DNA of 64,000 nt, taken from positions 160,001 to 224,000 of the forward strand of contig CBDBBI010000010.1 of NCBI GenBank assembly GCA_965202625.1, written 5' to 3'. Below are positions 38,561 through 49,312 of this stretch, in pieces. Every line of letters starts with the position of its first letter. Within the stretch, counting starts at the first letter, position 1. The DNA is from a bacterium. GTDB lineage: Bacteria; UBA8248. Both the position numbers and the translations under genes were made by a program. Below the pieces are notes generated by a model. It was not told the DNA's origin, did no database searches, and worked only from the letters and a program-made list of their open reading frames with translations.

Positions 38561-41185
38561 ATGTCATTCACTCCAATAAAAAAAATGATGGATCGCGTTC
38601 GAACCAATGGAAATGCCTCCGATTACGAGCTGTTTCACAAGCTTCTTTACGCAGGCGAATTTATAGCAAAAATAACCATTGCAGCCTTTGTCGCCTTGAT
38701 TGACGACGATCGAGACAACCATCGCTACAGGTGCGAGCATAGGCTCGTGAGAGCGGATGGAATTGGAGAGTGGGCAAAAAGCATTTCTGAAATCTGTACC
38801 GGACCAACATCGCAACACCTCTCTCCTTCGATTCGGGACGCACAGCGTGTTTTCACAGAACGAGTCGGAAAAGGAAAAGATAAGTGGCAATATGAAGTCG
38901 TAGAAACCGTGCACGAAGTTTTGTCTGATATTAATCGTGATACTTCCCCGATAGAAAAAAAAGTCAGACTTCTCGCTTGGTTCATGAAGTTTGTTGAACT
39001 GCGGAATAAAACCCGGGGTCATGGGGCACCCACAACCACTAAGTGCAAGAAACTTGTCCCGAAACTTCAAAGATCGATTGAGTTGCTGATTGCCAATAAT
39101 CCTTTCTTTAACCTGCCATGGGCTTATCTTCATCGAAATCTTTCAGGAAAATATAGAGTTGTTACGCTTGGGGGTGATGAATCTCATTTTTCGGAATTAA
39201 AGACCGCCGCGGCCTTAAAAGGAGAGAAAAAAGGAGAGAATTATCCAGATGGCATTTATTTGTGGGTCGAAAAACCAAGAGCAGTTTCTCTTCTGAAAAG
39301 CGATCCTGATACTACCGACTTCTTTGTTCCGAATGGTGCGTTCAATGGAAGAAAAAGAACCTACGAACTCCACTCACCCATTACCGACGATCGCAGCAAA
39401 GGAGACGCGAATCTGTATCTTAAACCCCCGTCGAACAGGCCGCCTAGTGAAACAGAAGGGTTGGGGGAGCTAGACATTATTGGAAAAGTATTTACTAACC
39501 TGCCAGCAGCTCCGGTCGGTTACGTTAGGCGTCCCCAGCTCGAAGAGGAAGTAAGGGATAAATTCATCAATGACCGTCATTCGATTGTGACACTTGTTGG
39601 TCGCGGTGGCATCGGCAAGACATCACTTGCGCTCATCGTATTGCATGAAATCGCTAAAACGGACCTATACGCAGTGATAGTTTGGTTTAGCGCGAGAGAC
39701 ATTGACTTAACTGAAACCGGTCCCAAGGTCGTTAAACCCAAGACTTTAACCGCAAAGGATATTGAAGAAGAATATAGAGATTTGGTTACCCCACTTGGTT
39801 CTGATTTCAGCAACGGTAATATGTCAAAACATATGCACGAGTCTCCGCACGGTGGTCCGATATTATTCGTTTTTGACAATTTTGAAACAGTCCGCCCTCC
39901 GATTGATATTTACAACTGGATCGATATGAACATCAGACTGCCGAACAAGGCCGTCATCACTACGCGTTACCGAGATTTCAAAGCTGATTTCCCCATTGAA
40001 GTATCCGGCATGGAGTATAATGAGGCGAAGGAACTCATTGAGCAAACTGCCAAGAAGCTTAACATTGAAGGAATAGTTGGCACTGAACAAATTGATCAAG
40101 TCATTGAAGGTTCAAACAGACACCCATATGTGATCAAGATTATTCTTGGAGAAATGGCGGATAGCCGTGAATTCAGTAAACCGAAAAGGGTGTTGGCCCG
40201 TAAAAACGATATTTTGGACGCTTTGTTCGAGCGAACCTATAGCAATTTGTCCCCACTTGCGAATCGTATTTTCCTTACCCTCAGTGGATGGCGATCTCTT
40301 GTGCCCCAGCTTGCGGTGGAGGCTGTGCTCCATTGGCGCAATTCGAATGAAGATGTTGATCCAGAAGCAGCGATCGATGAACTTGTACGTATGTCTTTAA
40401 TTGAACGAACAGTAGCAGAGGACGAAACCGATTTTCTTGGGGTGCCGATTACAGCAGCATTGTTCGGCAGCAAGAAGCTTGAAGTTAGCCCCTCTCATGA
40501 GTTGATTCGAAATGACATCCAGTTTCTGCGATATTTTGGACCCACGGCCACTATTAATTTGAACAAAGGTAGTTATCCGCGTATTCAATCTATTTTTAAG
40601 AAAATCTCTAATCAGATCAGCGAGAAAAGCGTTTCTTTGGAAGAAATGCGACCAATGCTGGAGTTCATAGCAAAACATTACCATCAAGCTTGGTTGCTAT
40701 TTGCTGATCTTGAGAACGAGGCAGGCGATGAACCGGAAAATGAAGCTGAATATATTCAACGTTTTCTTGAACAGAGTCCATCCAGTGAAGAAGCCCATAA
40801 GGCATGGATGCGCCTCGTTTCCCTCTACCGCACAATGGGTGGCGTCGATGGTGTTGTTGGAAGCTGTAGTGCTTTCTTAAGTGCTGCTAAGATTTTAGAG
40901 CCGGACATTGATGATGTCAGCCGCATGGCAAATTATGTGAACAGCGATCGAGAAATCATTGATGGGATGGATGCTGACCAACGTAGCGCATTGCTAAAGC
41001 CACTTGCATCTCTTATGGAAAAACATCGGCAAAGTCTTTCTGCGACCGATTTGTCGCGGCTTGCATGGTTGTATCTTCACTCAGGAGAAAAAGAATGTGC
41101 GCGCCATCTGGCAGAATTAGGTTTAGAAAAAGATCCAGATAATGCGCATTGTCAGCGTCTTTATGAGAGGCTGAAATTAGAATAA
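38561..41185 (+). CDS. STAND/NB-ARC NTPase with N-terminal HEPN-like effector region and helical/TPR-like C-terminus
   Basis: [13 protein letters not shown] pre-P-loop; Walker A GRGGIGKT (39599..39622); Walker [10 protein letters not shown]; VITTR sensor; HPYVIK (GxP-like); N-terminal LRNKTRGHG; C-terminal [22 protein letters not shown]; AT-richer than flanks. Confidence 0.85.
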   Translation: MSFTPIKKMMDRVRTNGNASDYELFHKLLYAGEFIAKITIAAFVALIDDDRDNHRYRCEHRLVRADGIGEWAKSISEICTGPTSQHLSPSIRDAQRVFTERVGKGKDKWQYEVVETVHEVLSDINRDTSPIEKKVRLLAWFMKFVELRNKTRGHGAPTTTKCKKLVPKLQRSIELLIANNPFFNLPWAYLHRNLSGKYRVVTLGGDESHFSELKTAAALKGEKKGENYPDGIYLWVEKPRAVSLLKSDPDTTDFFVPNGAFNGRKRTYELHSPITDDRSKGDANLYLKPPSNRPPSETEGLGELDIIGKVFTNLPAAPVGYVRRPQLEEEVRDKFINDRHSIVTLVGRGGIGKTSLALIVLHEIAKTDLYAVIVWFSARDIDLTETGPKVVKPKTLTAKDIEEEYRDLVTPLGSDFSNGNMSKHMHESPHGGPILFVFDNFETVRPPIDIYNWIDMNIRLPNKAVITTRYRDFKADFPIEVSGMEYNEAKELIEQTAKKLNIEGIVGTEQIDQVIEGSNRHPYVIKIILGEMADSREFSKPKRVLARKNDILDALFERTYSNLSPLANRIFLTLSGWRSLVPQLAVEAVLHWRNSNEDVDPEAAIDELVRMSLIERTVAEDETDFLGVPITAALFGSKKLEVSPSHELIRNDIQFLRYFGPTATINLNKGSYPRIQSIFKKISNQISEKSVSLEEMRPMLEFIAKHYHQAWLLFADLENEAGDEPENEAEYIQRFLEQSPSSEEAHKAWMRLVSLYRTMGGVDGVVGSCSAFLSAAKILEPDIDDVSRMANYVNSDREIIDGMDADQRSALLKPLASLMEKHRQSLSATDLSRLAWLYLHSGEKECARHLAELGLEKDPDNAHCQRLYERLKLE

Positions 41186-42300
41186 CAATAGCTCACCATA
41201 TAAAGCTCGCCCGCCTCCTTCGCCACTCGCGCCTCCTCCCTTACCTCTCCCCAAACCCGTAAGCGCCATAGATTTCTCCCGCATGATGCGCGCGAGCAGC
41301 CGCGCTTCCACGCAGGGCGACAGAGCGTGAACGGGCGAATCAAAGTCCCAGTGGGGATAATCCGTGGCGAAGAGAAGGATTTTCTCCGCGCGCACCATGT
41401 CGAATATCTGGAGCAGATGCGCGTCCTCCTCGGGTTCCTCAATGGGCTGGATCGGCACCCGAAAGTGCGCGAAGAAATATTTGCTCGGCAGCTTCTTGAG
41501 TCAGAGCACCTCCGGGCGCATTCCCCGATAGTTCTTGCCGAGCCGCCACAGCAGCTCCGAAATCCAGGAGGGGCCGCTCTTGATGAGCGCGATTCTCAGC
41601 TTCCGAAGCAGCTCGAACACGCCCTCGCAGATGCAGCTGACGGCGTGTATCATGAAACACTGCTCATGGCCGTGTGCCATTCTATGTAGTCCGAAGCCGT
41701 GGGCGTCGGGGCGTTTCCCGCGCCCGTGCCGCCAAAGTGAATTCCGATCGGAAGCCTCTGCTCCTCGACGGCGGCGTATATCGGGTGATACCTCCCTTGC
41801 CATACGGGGTGTGCGAACCCACCGGAAAGAGAACCTGCGCCATGTTCGCCCGTTCGCCGACGCGCTCGATCTCCTCCACGATGTGCCGGGGGTTCTGGTG
41901 CGATGCCCCGTGATGGCGCCCCGCAGTTGCTCGTCTTTCTCCAGCCAGTGTGCGATCTTCCAGTCGTTGCGGGCGGGTGCCAGAGCCGCACCAAACTTGG
42001 GAATGCCCATGAAGGAGACGTTGTAGTAGACCCTGTTCAGAATGGCGTGGCTCACTCCGTAAGGGTTCAGGACCTGCTCTAGGAGCATGGCGAGGCTAGA
42101 GCCGACGAGTCCGCCCTCGGCGGGTATGGCGTCCTGCGGTGCATGTCGCCCCCCGTTTTGGAGTAGGGGGCGTTGGGCAACCTAGCGTAGTCGGTCTCCT
42201 CTACGTAGTTACTCGGCCGGTAGATAGGGCAAGGAGGCGTCCATGGACGGAGGCGCGTGATGAAAGTCGGCTTCGTGTCCGTTTTTTCTTCCTCCCGCAT
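41177..42300 (-). pseudogene. Amidohydrolase_2 family pseudogene with multiple frameshifts
   Basis: Fragments across ORFs: [56 protein letters not shown]...[15 protein letters not shown]. Confidence 0.8.
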
Positions 42301-42347
42301 GTAAGCCCTCGCGTCTCCTCGTTGGGGAAACGGGGCTTGTCTGGCGA

Positions 42348-43094
42348 TTATGCGAGCAAAAGACGAATCGATCCGCCCAGGGCGATGCCCAGCACGCAGA
42401 GGTTGAACGCACGCCCGCTGAGCCTGTCCTGAACCCAGGCGCCGGCCTTAAGTCCCAGCCACAGGGCGGGGAGGCCGATGACGCTCGCCCAGAGGGTGTC
42501 CGCCGTGACGACGGAAACCTGCCAATAGGCGATGACCTTGATGGGATTCATCACGGCGTAGAGGCTCCATATCGTGCTGATCATGGCGCGTTTTTCCAGT
42601 TTCTGGCTGATGAGGATGGGGGTGAGGAAGATCGCCCCGCTGTTGGCGAGTGCGGAGCACAGCCCGCTCATAAGACCGAAGCCCGCACCCTGCCAGATGG
42701 GCAGGGGAGGGATGTCAAAGGGCCGGCCCCTGAGCTCGATGCCCGTGTGATACAGGGCGAGAGAGAAGCAGATGACGCCGATGACGGCTTTCAACCCCGC
42801 CCCCGGAAGCCAGGTGAGGAGCCAAACGCCGCAGAGGATTCCGAAGACGATTCCGGGGGCGAGAATGAGCACGTAGCGCGTGCTCCACTTCCCCCAGAGA
42901 TCGAATGCCGCCCCTAGCCCCGCCCAGCAGCTGAGGAGCGCGATGAGGCCCAGGGAGAAAGTGGGCGAGAAGGCGAATATGAGGAAGGGGGTGATGGCGA
43001 GGCCCACGCCCGCTCCGAACGTGCGCACCAGAAAGCCGTTGCAAAAGGCCGCAGCAAGGACGAAAGCCCACGCGAGCGTGGAGAAATCGGGCAT
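42348..43094 (-). CDS. Sulfite exporter TauE/SafE family protein
   Basis: Hydrophobic, FGAGVGLA.TP, SGLCSALANSG; paralog of the adjacent gene. Confidence 0.8.
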   Translation of the reverse strand: MPDFSTLAWAFVLAAAFCNGFLVRTFGAGVGLAITPFLIFAFSPTFSLGLIALLSCWAGLGAAFDLWGKWSTRYVLILAPGIVFGILCGVWLLTWLPGAGLKAVIGVICFSLALYHTGIELRGRPFDIPPLPIWQGAGFGLMSGLCSALANSGAIFLTPILISQKLEKRAMISTIWSLYAVMNPIKVIAYWQVSVVTADTLWASVIGLPALWLGLKAGAWVQDRLSGRAFNLCVLGIALGGSIRLLLA

Positions 43095-43097
43095 GGG

Positions 43098-43844
43098 TCA
43101 ATTCGACTCGAGAAGCAGGCGCAAGGCTGCAGCGATGGAGAGGAGCAGAAAGATGCGCGTGAAGCCTTTTTGTGGAATGCGCTCAAGCGTCCGCTTGCCG
43201 CACCAGCTTCCAGCCCACGCCAGGGGAAAGGCGAGGAAGCCGACCACGAGCATCTGCGTTTTCACGACGCCCCCAAACCACAGCGAGGCGACCTTGAGGG
43301 GGTTCACCCAGAACCACGTGCCGAGAATGCTTGCCACCACCGCCGTTTTGGAAAGCCCCTGACTGATGAAGAACAGGCTCAAAACGAGTCCGCCCGAATG
43401 AAACATAGCGCTTATGATTCCGCCTCCCACGCCGATTCCCACCCCCGCCGCGGCGCTGATGGGCGGCGGCTGCATCTCTCCGCGTGCCTCCCGCCAGACG
43501 AGCAGAGCGGCGAAGCAGACGCACGCGACCCCGATTCCCTTGCGCAGCCAGTAATCCGGCAGGCGCACGAGCGCGTAGACGCCGATGATGATTCCCACGT
43601 AGAAACCGGGCACCAGAAAGCGCAGGAAGCGGGCCTCCCATTGCTTCCAGAACATCGGCAGGGCGAACAGGTCGGTCACCCACATGACGACGGCCACGAT
43701 TCCGATGATGAAGCGCGTGGGCCAGAACATGATCAGGACTGGAACGAGAAAGACGCCGATTCCGGAGCTGAAAGTGGTTTTGAGAAAACCGACGAAAAAG
43801 GCGGCGATCCCGACGGCGAACAGCTGATGATTCGCGTATTCCAA
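43098..43844 (-). CDS. Sulfite exporter TauE/SafE family protein
   Basis: FFVGFLKT.FSSGIG..LVP, GIISAMFHSGG, VNPLKV. Confidence 0.82.
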   Translation of the reverse strand: MEYANHQLFAVGIAAFFVGFLKTTFSSGIGVFLVPVLIMFWPTRFIIGIVAVVMWVTDLFALPMFWKQWEARFLRFLVPGFYVGIIIGVYALVRLPDYWLRKGIGVACVCFAALLVWREARGEMQPPPISAAAGVGIGVGGGIISAMFHSGGLVLSLFFISQGLSKTAVVASILGTWFWVNPLKVASLWFGGVVKTQMLVVGFLAFPLAWAGSWCGKRTLERIPQKGFTRIFLLLSIAAALRLLLESN

Positions 43845-44131
43845 AACGTCCCCTGCTTGCCTGTAATGGAACGGGAGACAAGCCTAGCGATTCAAGGGCG
43901 GCGGAACAAGCACTCGCGCGGGTTCGCGGCAAAAACCGGATTCGCTCTTTCGGGGAGTTCGATTATACGTTTTGACGAACCACTGCTCGTTCTCCCTCAT
44001 TTTGGAGGCTTCGGGAGAGGAGGATTTGTGGAAAAAGCATTTCCACTTAGGGAGGAGCATCCCCGATTCCGCTCTCTGCGCGCCGCGCGTGGTCGTTAAA
44101 CGGAATGGAGAGGGAGCGCGGCGAAATGCGC

Positions 44132-44389
44132 CTAAAACGTGACGATCCCCCCTTTGACGCCGAGGAGTTTGGATATCAGGCCGTGAAAGTAATAGACGTC
44201 CAGAAGCGTCAGGGCGATGAGAAGCGCTACGAATATGAGTATGAGGCCGGCGACGAAGCAAGGGAGCTGGGCGATGGCGTGAAATACCCCTCCTGCTTTC
44301 CCCGCCCGGAGAGGATAGCCGCAGTGTGGACAGGAGACGGCCTTCGTGCTCAGGGTGCCCTTGCATTCGGGACAATCGAGGAGGGCCAT
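44132..44389 (-). CDS. Zinc-ribbon domain small membrane protein
   Basis: MALLDCPECKGTLSTKAVSCPHCGYPL followed by a TM helix; starts directly after the acyl-CoA synthetase stop. Confidence 0.8.
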   Translation of the reverse strand: MALLDCPECKGTLSTKAVSCPHCGYPLRAGKAGGVFHAIAQLPCFVAGLILIFVALLIALTLLDVYYFHGLISKLLGVKGGIVTF

Positions 44390-44390
44390 T

Positions 44391-46337
44391 TCACAGCGCC
44401 TCCTTGATGGCGTAGAGAAACGCCGGCGTCTCGATGGAGGAGACGTCGATGCGCGCCGGGTCCGCGCCTAGATATACTTTCTTGATGGCGGCGCGAACGA
44501 TTTTGGCCGAGCGGGTCTTGGGCAGTGCGCGGACGAACTTGACTTTCTCGGGCCGTAAACTTTTTCCGAGATATTTTACGGTTTCTTCTTTCAGGGTTTC
44601 CCTCAGCGCGTCCGTCGGTTCGTGGTTCTCGGCGAGCACCACGAAACAGCACAGACCCTCCCCCTTGATGGGGTGCGGCGCGCCGATGACGGCGGCCTCC
44701 ACGACGGCTGGATGGGCGATGAGAGCCGCCTCCACCTCGGCGGGCCCCACGCGCTTGCCCGCGACGTTGATGGTGTCGTCCGAGCGGCCATAGAGATACC
44801 ATTGGCCATCCGCATCCGCTCGTGCCCAGTCGCCGTGATACCAGACGTCAGGCCACCGGGAGAAATACGTCTCCATGTAGCGTGCGTCGTCTTTCAGAAA
44901 ACTTTTCGTCATCGAGGGGGTCGGCTGCTTACACACGAGATGGCCGATCTCACCGCGCACGGATTCTCCCGCCTCGTTGAACACGTCCGTGTCCGCCCCA
45001 AGGGCGGGGCCGCCCAGAGAGCAGGGCGTAAGTGGAACGATGGGGTAGGGCTGAAGCAGGCAGCCGCAAAGCTCGGTGCCGCCCGAGATGTTCATGATGG
45101 GACACCGCCCCCCTCCCACCTTCTCGAAGAACCACATGTAGGATTCCCGATCCCAAGGCTCGCCGGTCGAACCCAGTATTCGCAATTTCGATAGGTCGTG
45201 TTTTTCCACCCATTCGTCGCCCTGGCTGATCAACAGCCGAATCGCAGTGGGCGAGACGCCGAAGGTCGTCACCCCGTGATCGCTCAGGAGCTTCCAGAGA
45301 CGGTCGGTCTCCGGCCAGTTAGGCGCCCCCTCGTAGATGAGGTAGGCGCCGCCCCCGAACTGGACCCCTATCATCTCCCAGGGGCCCATCATCCAGCCGA
45401 TGTCCGTCACCCAGAAGAAGACGTCCGCATCCCTTAAGTCGAGACAATATCGAATCTCTTTCGCCACGTTGAGCATACAGCCTGCGTGGGTGTGCACCGT
45501 GCCCTTGGGTTTTCCCGTCGTGCCCGAGGTGTAGATGATAAGAGAATGGGCCTCGGCGGGCAGGCGCTCGGTTGCTGCGGCGTCTGACTGCCCCCGGACG
45601 AAATCCTTCCACGAGACGTCTCGCCCCTCCCGCATGGGGACGCGCGTTCCGGTTCTTCTGAAAACCACCACTTTTTCGACCCCCGTCCCGACATCGAGCG
45701 CCGCATCCAGCAGGGATTTTACGCCGACCTCCTTGCCTCGGCGCAGGCCTGCGTTCGACGTGAATACGAGTCGCGCCTCGGCGTGGGCGAGACGCTCGGC
45801 GACGGCCTCGGGGCCGAAGCCGGAGAAGATGGGAATCGCGACGACCCCGATTTTCAGGCAGGCGAACATGGCGAAGACAGTCTCGGGAATCATGGGCATG
45901 AAGATGCCTGCGCTCTCTCCTGGACGCATTCCCATTCCGCGCATGGCGTTCGCCAGCCGGCAGACGTGGGTGTTCATCTGCGCGTAGGTGAAGCGGCGGA
46001 CCTCGCCGCCGTCGCCCTCCCAGACGAGGGCCGTTCTGTCGCGCGCCGGAGTCGCGAGATGCCTATCGATGCAGTTGTGGACGATGTTGATCTCACCGCC
46101 TAGAAACCACTTCGTCCAGGGGAGGCCGCCCGATTGGTCGACGATTTTCTCATACGGCTTGAACCAAGAGACGCCCATGTCCTTTTCCAGCGTCTCCCAG
46201 AAGCGGCCGACGTCCTCTCTGGAGAAGGCAAGGAGCGTCTCGTAGTCGGCGAGGTCGTTTTTGCGCATGAAGCGCGCGACGTTCGAGTTCTCGATAAAAT
46301 CCTTGCTCGGCCGCCAGATGATGTCGTTCGCGCTCAC
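44391..46337 (-). CDS. AMP-binding acyl-CoA synthetase (acetate--CoA ligase-like), copy 1
   Basis: YTSGTTGKPKG, TDIGWMMG, STGEPW, YHGDW, GRSDD, LPKTRSAKIVR. Confidence 0.92.
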   Translation of the reverse strand: MSANDIIWRPSKDFIENSNVARFMRKNDLADYETLLAFSREDVGRFWETLEKDMGVSWFKPYEKIVDQSGGLPWTKWFLGGEINIVHNCIDRHLATPARDRTALVWEGDGGEVRRFTYAQMNTHVCRLANAMRGMGMRPGESAGIFMPMIPETVFAMFACLKIGVVAIPIFSGFGPEAVAERLAHAEARLVFTSNAGLRRGKEVGVKSLLDAALDVGTGVEKVVVFRRTGTRVPMREGRDVSWKDFVRGQSDAAATERLPAEAHSLIIYTSGTTGKPKGTVHTHAGCMLNVAKEIRYCLDLRDADVFFWVTDIGWMMGPWEMIGVQFGGGAYLIYEGAPNWPETDRLWKLLSDHGVTTFGVSPTAIRLLISQGDEWVEKHDLSKLRILGSTGEPWDRESYMWFFEKVGGGRCPIMNISGGTELCGCLLQPYPIVPLTPCSLGGPALGADTDVFNEAGESVRGEIGHLVCKQPTPSMTKSFLKDDARYMETYFSRWPDVWYHGDWARADADGQWYLYGRSDDTINVAGKRVGPAEVEAALIAHPAVVEAAVIGAPHPIKGEGLCCFVVLAENHEPTDALRETLKEETVKYLGKSLRPEKVKFVRALPKTRSAKIVRAAIKKVYLGADPARIDVSSIETPAFLYAIKEAL

Positions 46338-46527
46338 GGCTTCTCCTCCTCGCGCGGTCGTTACGCCATCCGGCTCTCATACGCTAGACGCATGAGTTCC
46401 TTGAGAGCATCGGCGCGGTTCTCGATTTCGTCCCCACTTTCCCAGGGTGGGATGATTTCTCAGGGGGATTCTTTGAGGTTTTTGGTAGTTCTCCAAGTCC
46501 ATCTTCTTTCCGTGCCTGCGGGCGGTG

Positions 46528-48474
46528 CTAGATCGCTTCCCGAATGGCGTCGAGATGCGCGGGGTTCTCAAGGGAGTTCATATCCATGTGGTCTACCGGC
46601 TCGCCCAGATAGACCTTCTTGATCGCGCTGCGCACGATTTTCGCTGAGCGCGTCTTGGGCAACGCCCGAACGAACCGGACCGCATCGGGCCTCAAACTCT
46701 TGCCCAGATATTCCACCGCTTGATCTTTGAGCTCCTCGCGCAGTGCGTCGCTCGGCGCGTAGGAATCCAGCATGACGACGAAGCACGTGAGGCCCTCCCC
46801 CTTCACCGGATGCGGCGTTCCGACCACCGCCGCCTCGATGACGCCCGGGTGCTTGATGAGTTCGGATTCGATCTCGTTCGGTCCCACGCGCTTTCCCGAC
46901 ACCTTGATGGTGTCGTCCGAGCGGCCGTAGAGATACCAGAGTCCCTTCTCGTCCACCTTGGCCCAGTCGCCGTGATACCAGACGCCCTCCCAGCGCGAGA
47001 AATAGGTTTCGACGTAGCGCTCCGGCTCCTTCCAGAAGCCGTTGGTGAGCGAGGGGATGGGTTGTTTGAGCACGAGGTGGCCCACCTCGCCGCGAATCGG
47101 CTTCGCGTCCTCGCCGAACACGTCCGTGTCCGTGCCCATGGCCGGCGCCCCCAGCGTGCAAGGGGCGAGCGCCATGACGGGAAGGGGCTGGAGGAGGCAG
47201 GCGCCGATCTCCGTGCCGCCCGATATGTTCATGATTGGACAGCGCGAGCCGCCCACTTTCTCGAAAAACCACATGTAGGACTCCGTGTCCCAAGGCTCGC
47301 CCGTAGAGCCGAGAACGCGCAGGGAGGAGAGGTCGTGCTTCTCCACCCACGCATCGCCTGCGCTGATCAGAACGCGCACCGCGGTGGGCGAAAGGCCAAG
47401 ATGGCTGATTCCGTGTCGGGCGACGATTTGCCAGAGGCGATCGGGCGCGGGGTGGTTCGGCACGCTCTCATACAGGAGGCAGGAATGCCCGCTGAAGTGT
47501 GCGCCCACCAGTTCATAGGGCGCCATGACCCAGCCGAAGTCCGTGACCCAGAAAACCGTGTCTCCATCGCGCATGTCGAGACAGTATTTGAGCTCTCGTC
47601 CGGGGCCGCTCATCAGGCCGGCGTGGGTATAGACGGCGCCCTTGGGCTTTCCGGTGGTGCCGGAAGTGTACATGATCATAGAGACGGCGTCTGCGGGGAG
47701 CCGCTCGGTCTTCGCCTCAGCGGGTTGGCCCTTCACGAAGGCGTCCCAGGTGACGTCGCGCCCCGCCTGCATGGGAACGTCCTCGCCCGAGCGCTGGACG
47801 ACGACGACCCTTTCCACCATCACGCCCTGCTCCAGCGCGGCGTCCGCCGTGCCTTTGAGGGGAATATGCTTGCCCCGGCGAACGGCACCGTCGGCCGTGA
47901 ACAGAATGCGCGCCTCCGCGTGAATCAACCGCTCGGCCAGTCCTTCAGGACCGAAGCCGGAGAAAACGGGCAACACCGCCACCCCCGTCTTAAAGCACGC
48001 GTACATGACGATGGCGGCCTCGGGCACCATGGGGAGGAACACGCCCGCCACGTCCCCTGGCTTGAGTCCCATATCACGCATGGCGTTTGCCAGTCGGGAG
48101 ACTTCCGCCGAGAGTTCGGCGTAGGTGAATTCTCGCGTCTCTCCCGTATCGCTCTCCCAGAGGAGCGCGGTCTGATTCCTTCGCGCACTCGCGGCGTGAC
48201 GATCGATGCAGTTCAGTACAATGTTCGTCTCCCCGCCCACGAACCACTTCGCCCAGGGAAAGCCGCCGCTCAGGTCCAGCAACTCGTCATAGGGCCTGTA
48301 CCACGCAAGCTCCATGTCTTCGAGCACGACTTCCCAGAAGCGGCGGATGTCCTCAACCGACCATTTCAGAAACTCTCGGTGATCGGCGATGTCGAGTTTT
48401 TTCATCAGCTTGGCCACGTGGCTGTTCGTCAGAAAATCTTCGTTGGGTCGCCATATGACGTCCGAGGTGTTCAC
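46528..48474 (-). CDS. AMP-binding acyl-CoA synthetase (acetate--CoA ligase-like), copy 2
   Basis: Same motifs as copy 1; GTG start at 48474 after GGAGAGG. Confidence 0.92.
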   Translation of the reverse strand: MNTSDVIWRPNEDFLTNSHVAKLMKKLDIADHREFLKWSVEDIRRFWEVVLEDMELAWYRPYDELLDLSGGFPWAKWFVGGETNIVLNCIDRHAASARRNQTALLWESDTGETREFTYAELSAEVSRLANAMRDMGLKPGDVAGVFLPMVPEAAIVMYACFKTGVAVLPVFSGFGPEGLAERLIHAEARILFTADGAVRRGKHIPLKGTADAALEQGVMVERVVVVQRSGEDVPMQAGRDVTWDAFVKGQPAEAKTERLPADAVSMIMYTSGTTGKPKGAVYTHAGLMSGPGRELKYCLDMRDGDTVFWVTDFGWVMAPYELVGAHFSGHSCLLYESVPNHPAPDRLWQIVARHGISHLGLSPTAVRVLISAGDAWVEKHDLSSLRVLGSTGEPWDTESYMWFFEKVGGSRCPIMNISGGTEIGACLLQPLPVMALAPCTLGAPAMGTDTDVFGEDAKPIRGEVGHLVLKQPIPSLTNGFWKEPERYVETYFSRWEGVWYHGDWAKVDEKGLWYLYGRSDDTIKVSGKRVGPNEIESELIKHPGVIEAAVVGTPHPVKGEGLTCFVVMLDSYAPSDALREELKDQAVEYLGKSLRPDAVRFVRALPKTRSAKIVRSAIKKVYLGEPVDHMDMNSLENPAHLDAIREAI

Positions 48475-48490
48475 CTGGATTTCCTCTCCG

Positions 48491-49312
48491 TTATTTTCTG
48501 GCGTGATCCTGAATCCATACTTTGACGCGTGGGAACACGTACTCGTCCACCTCGCCCCACGCCCCACCGTCCACTTTGGCGGGCGGATCGTGCGCGCCCG
48601 CTTCGAGCTCCTCCATATTTTGCGCCAGCTCGCCGATGATGGAAGGATCCGGATAGGGGTCGGTATGTCCCGACGTTATCCACCGCACCTCTTTCTCCCG
48701 GGCGAGTTTTTCCATTTTCCTGAGCGAGGGGGCGTAGTCGGAGAGCACCGCCGTGGGTACTTGCAGGAACAGGTATTCCTCGCACCGAATCAAATCGCCC
48801 GAGACGAGAATTTTCTCCCGCTCGTCGTAGAGCGAGATGCTGCATGGAGAGTGCCCGGGCGTGTCGTAGACGTAGAACTTTCTCTCGCCGAGGTCGAAGC
48901 TGTCGCTTTCCTGAAGCGTCCAGCCAAACGTGGCGGGTTTGATGGCGTAGGTGTCCTCGTCGAACCAGTTGGGGAAAGCTTTGCCATTGCTCTTCCACGT
49001 GTTCACGAAAGCCTTCTCCAGCCGGGAGAAATCGTTTGCGAGTAGGTTTTTGCCGGCGGGGTGAACGCCGACTTCATCCCATTGCGCCGCCGCCCCAAGG
49101 TGGTCCCAGTGGGTGTGGGTGAGAATGAAGTCGATGGGCTTGTCCGTGATGCTCTCGTAGAGTTTTCGCAAGTTTCCGACCCCGATTCCGCCGTCGATGG
49201 CGACCGCTTTTTCATCTCCGACCAAAAGGAGCATGTTGAATCGGCCGCCTTCGGTGATTTGGTAGCTGTTCGGGGCGAATTCGTTGACGGAGTACCAGTC
49301 TTGGGTTTCCAT
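48491..49312 (-). CDS. MBL-fold metallo-hydrolase
   Basis: IDGGIG, THTHWDHLG, TPGHSPCS, LVSGD, SGH. Confidence 0.9.
   Translation of the reverse strand: METQDWYSVNEFAPNSYQITEGGRFNMLLLVGDEKAVAIDGGIGVGNLRKLYESITDKPIDFILTHTHWDHLGAAAQWDEVGVHPAGKNLLANDFSRLEKAFVNTWKSNGKAFPNWFDEDTYAIKPATFGWTLQESDSFDLGERKFYVYDTPGHSPCSISLYDEREKILVSGDLIRCEEYLFLQVPTAVLSDYAPSLRKMEKLAREKEVRWITSGHTDPYPDPSIIGELAQNMEELEAGAHDPPAKVDGGAWGEVDEYVFPRVKVWIQDHARK

Noticed and set aside
46720-48525. 601-aa plus-strand ORF (similarly 56867..58678, 9777..10961 and 11817..12965)
   Set aside because: Antisense shadows of well-supported minus-strand genes.
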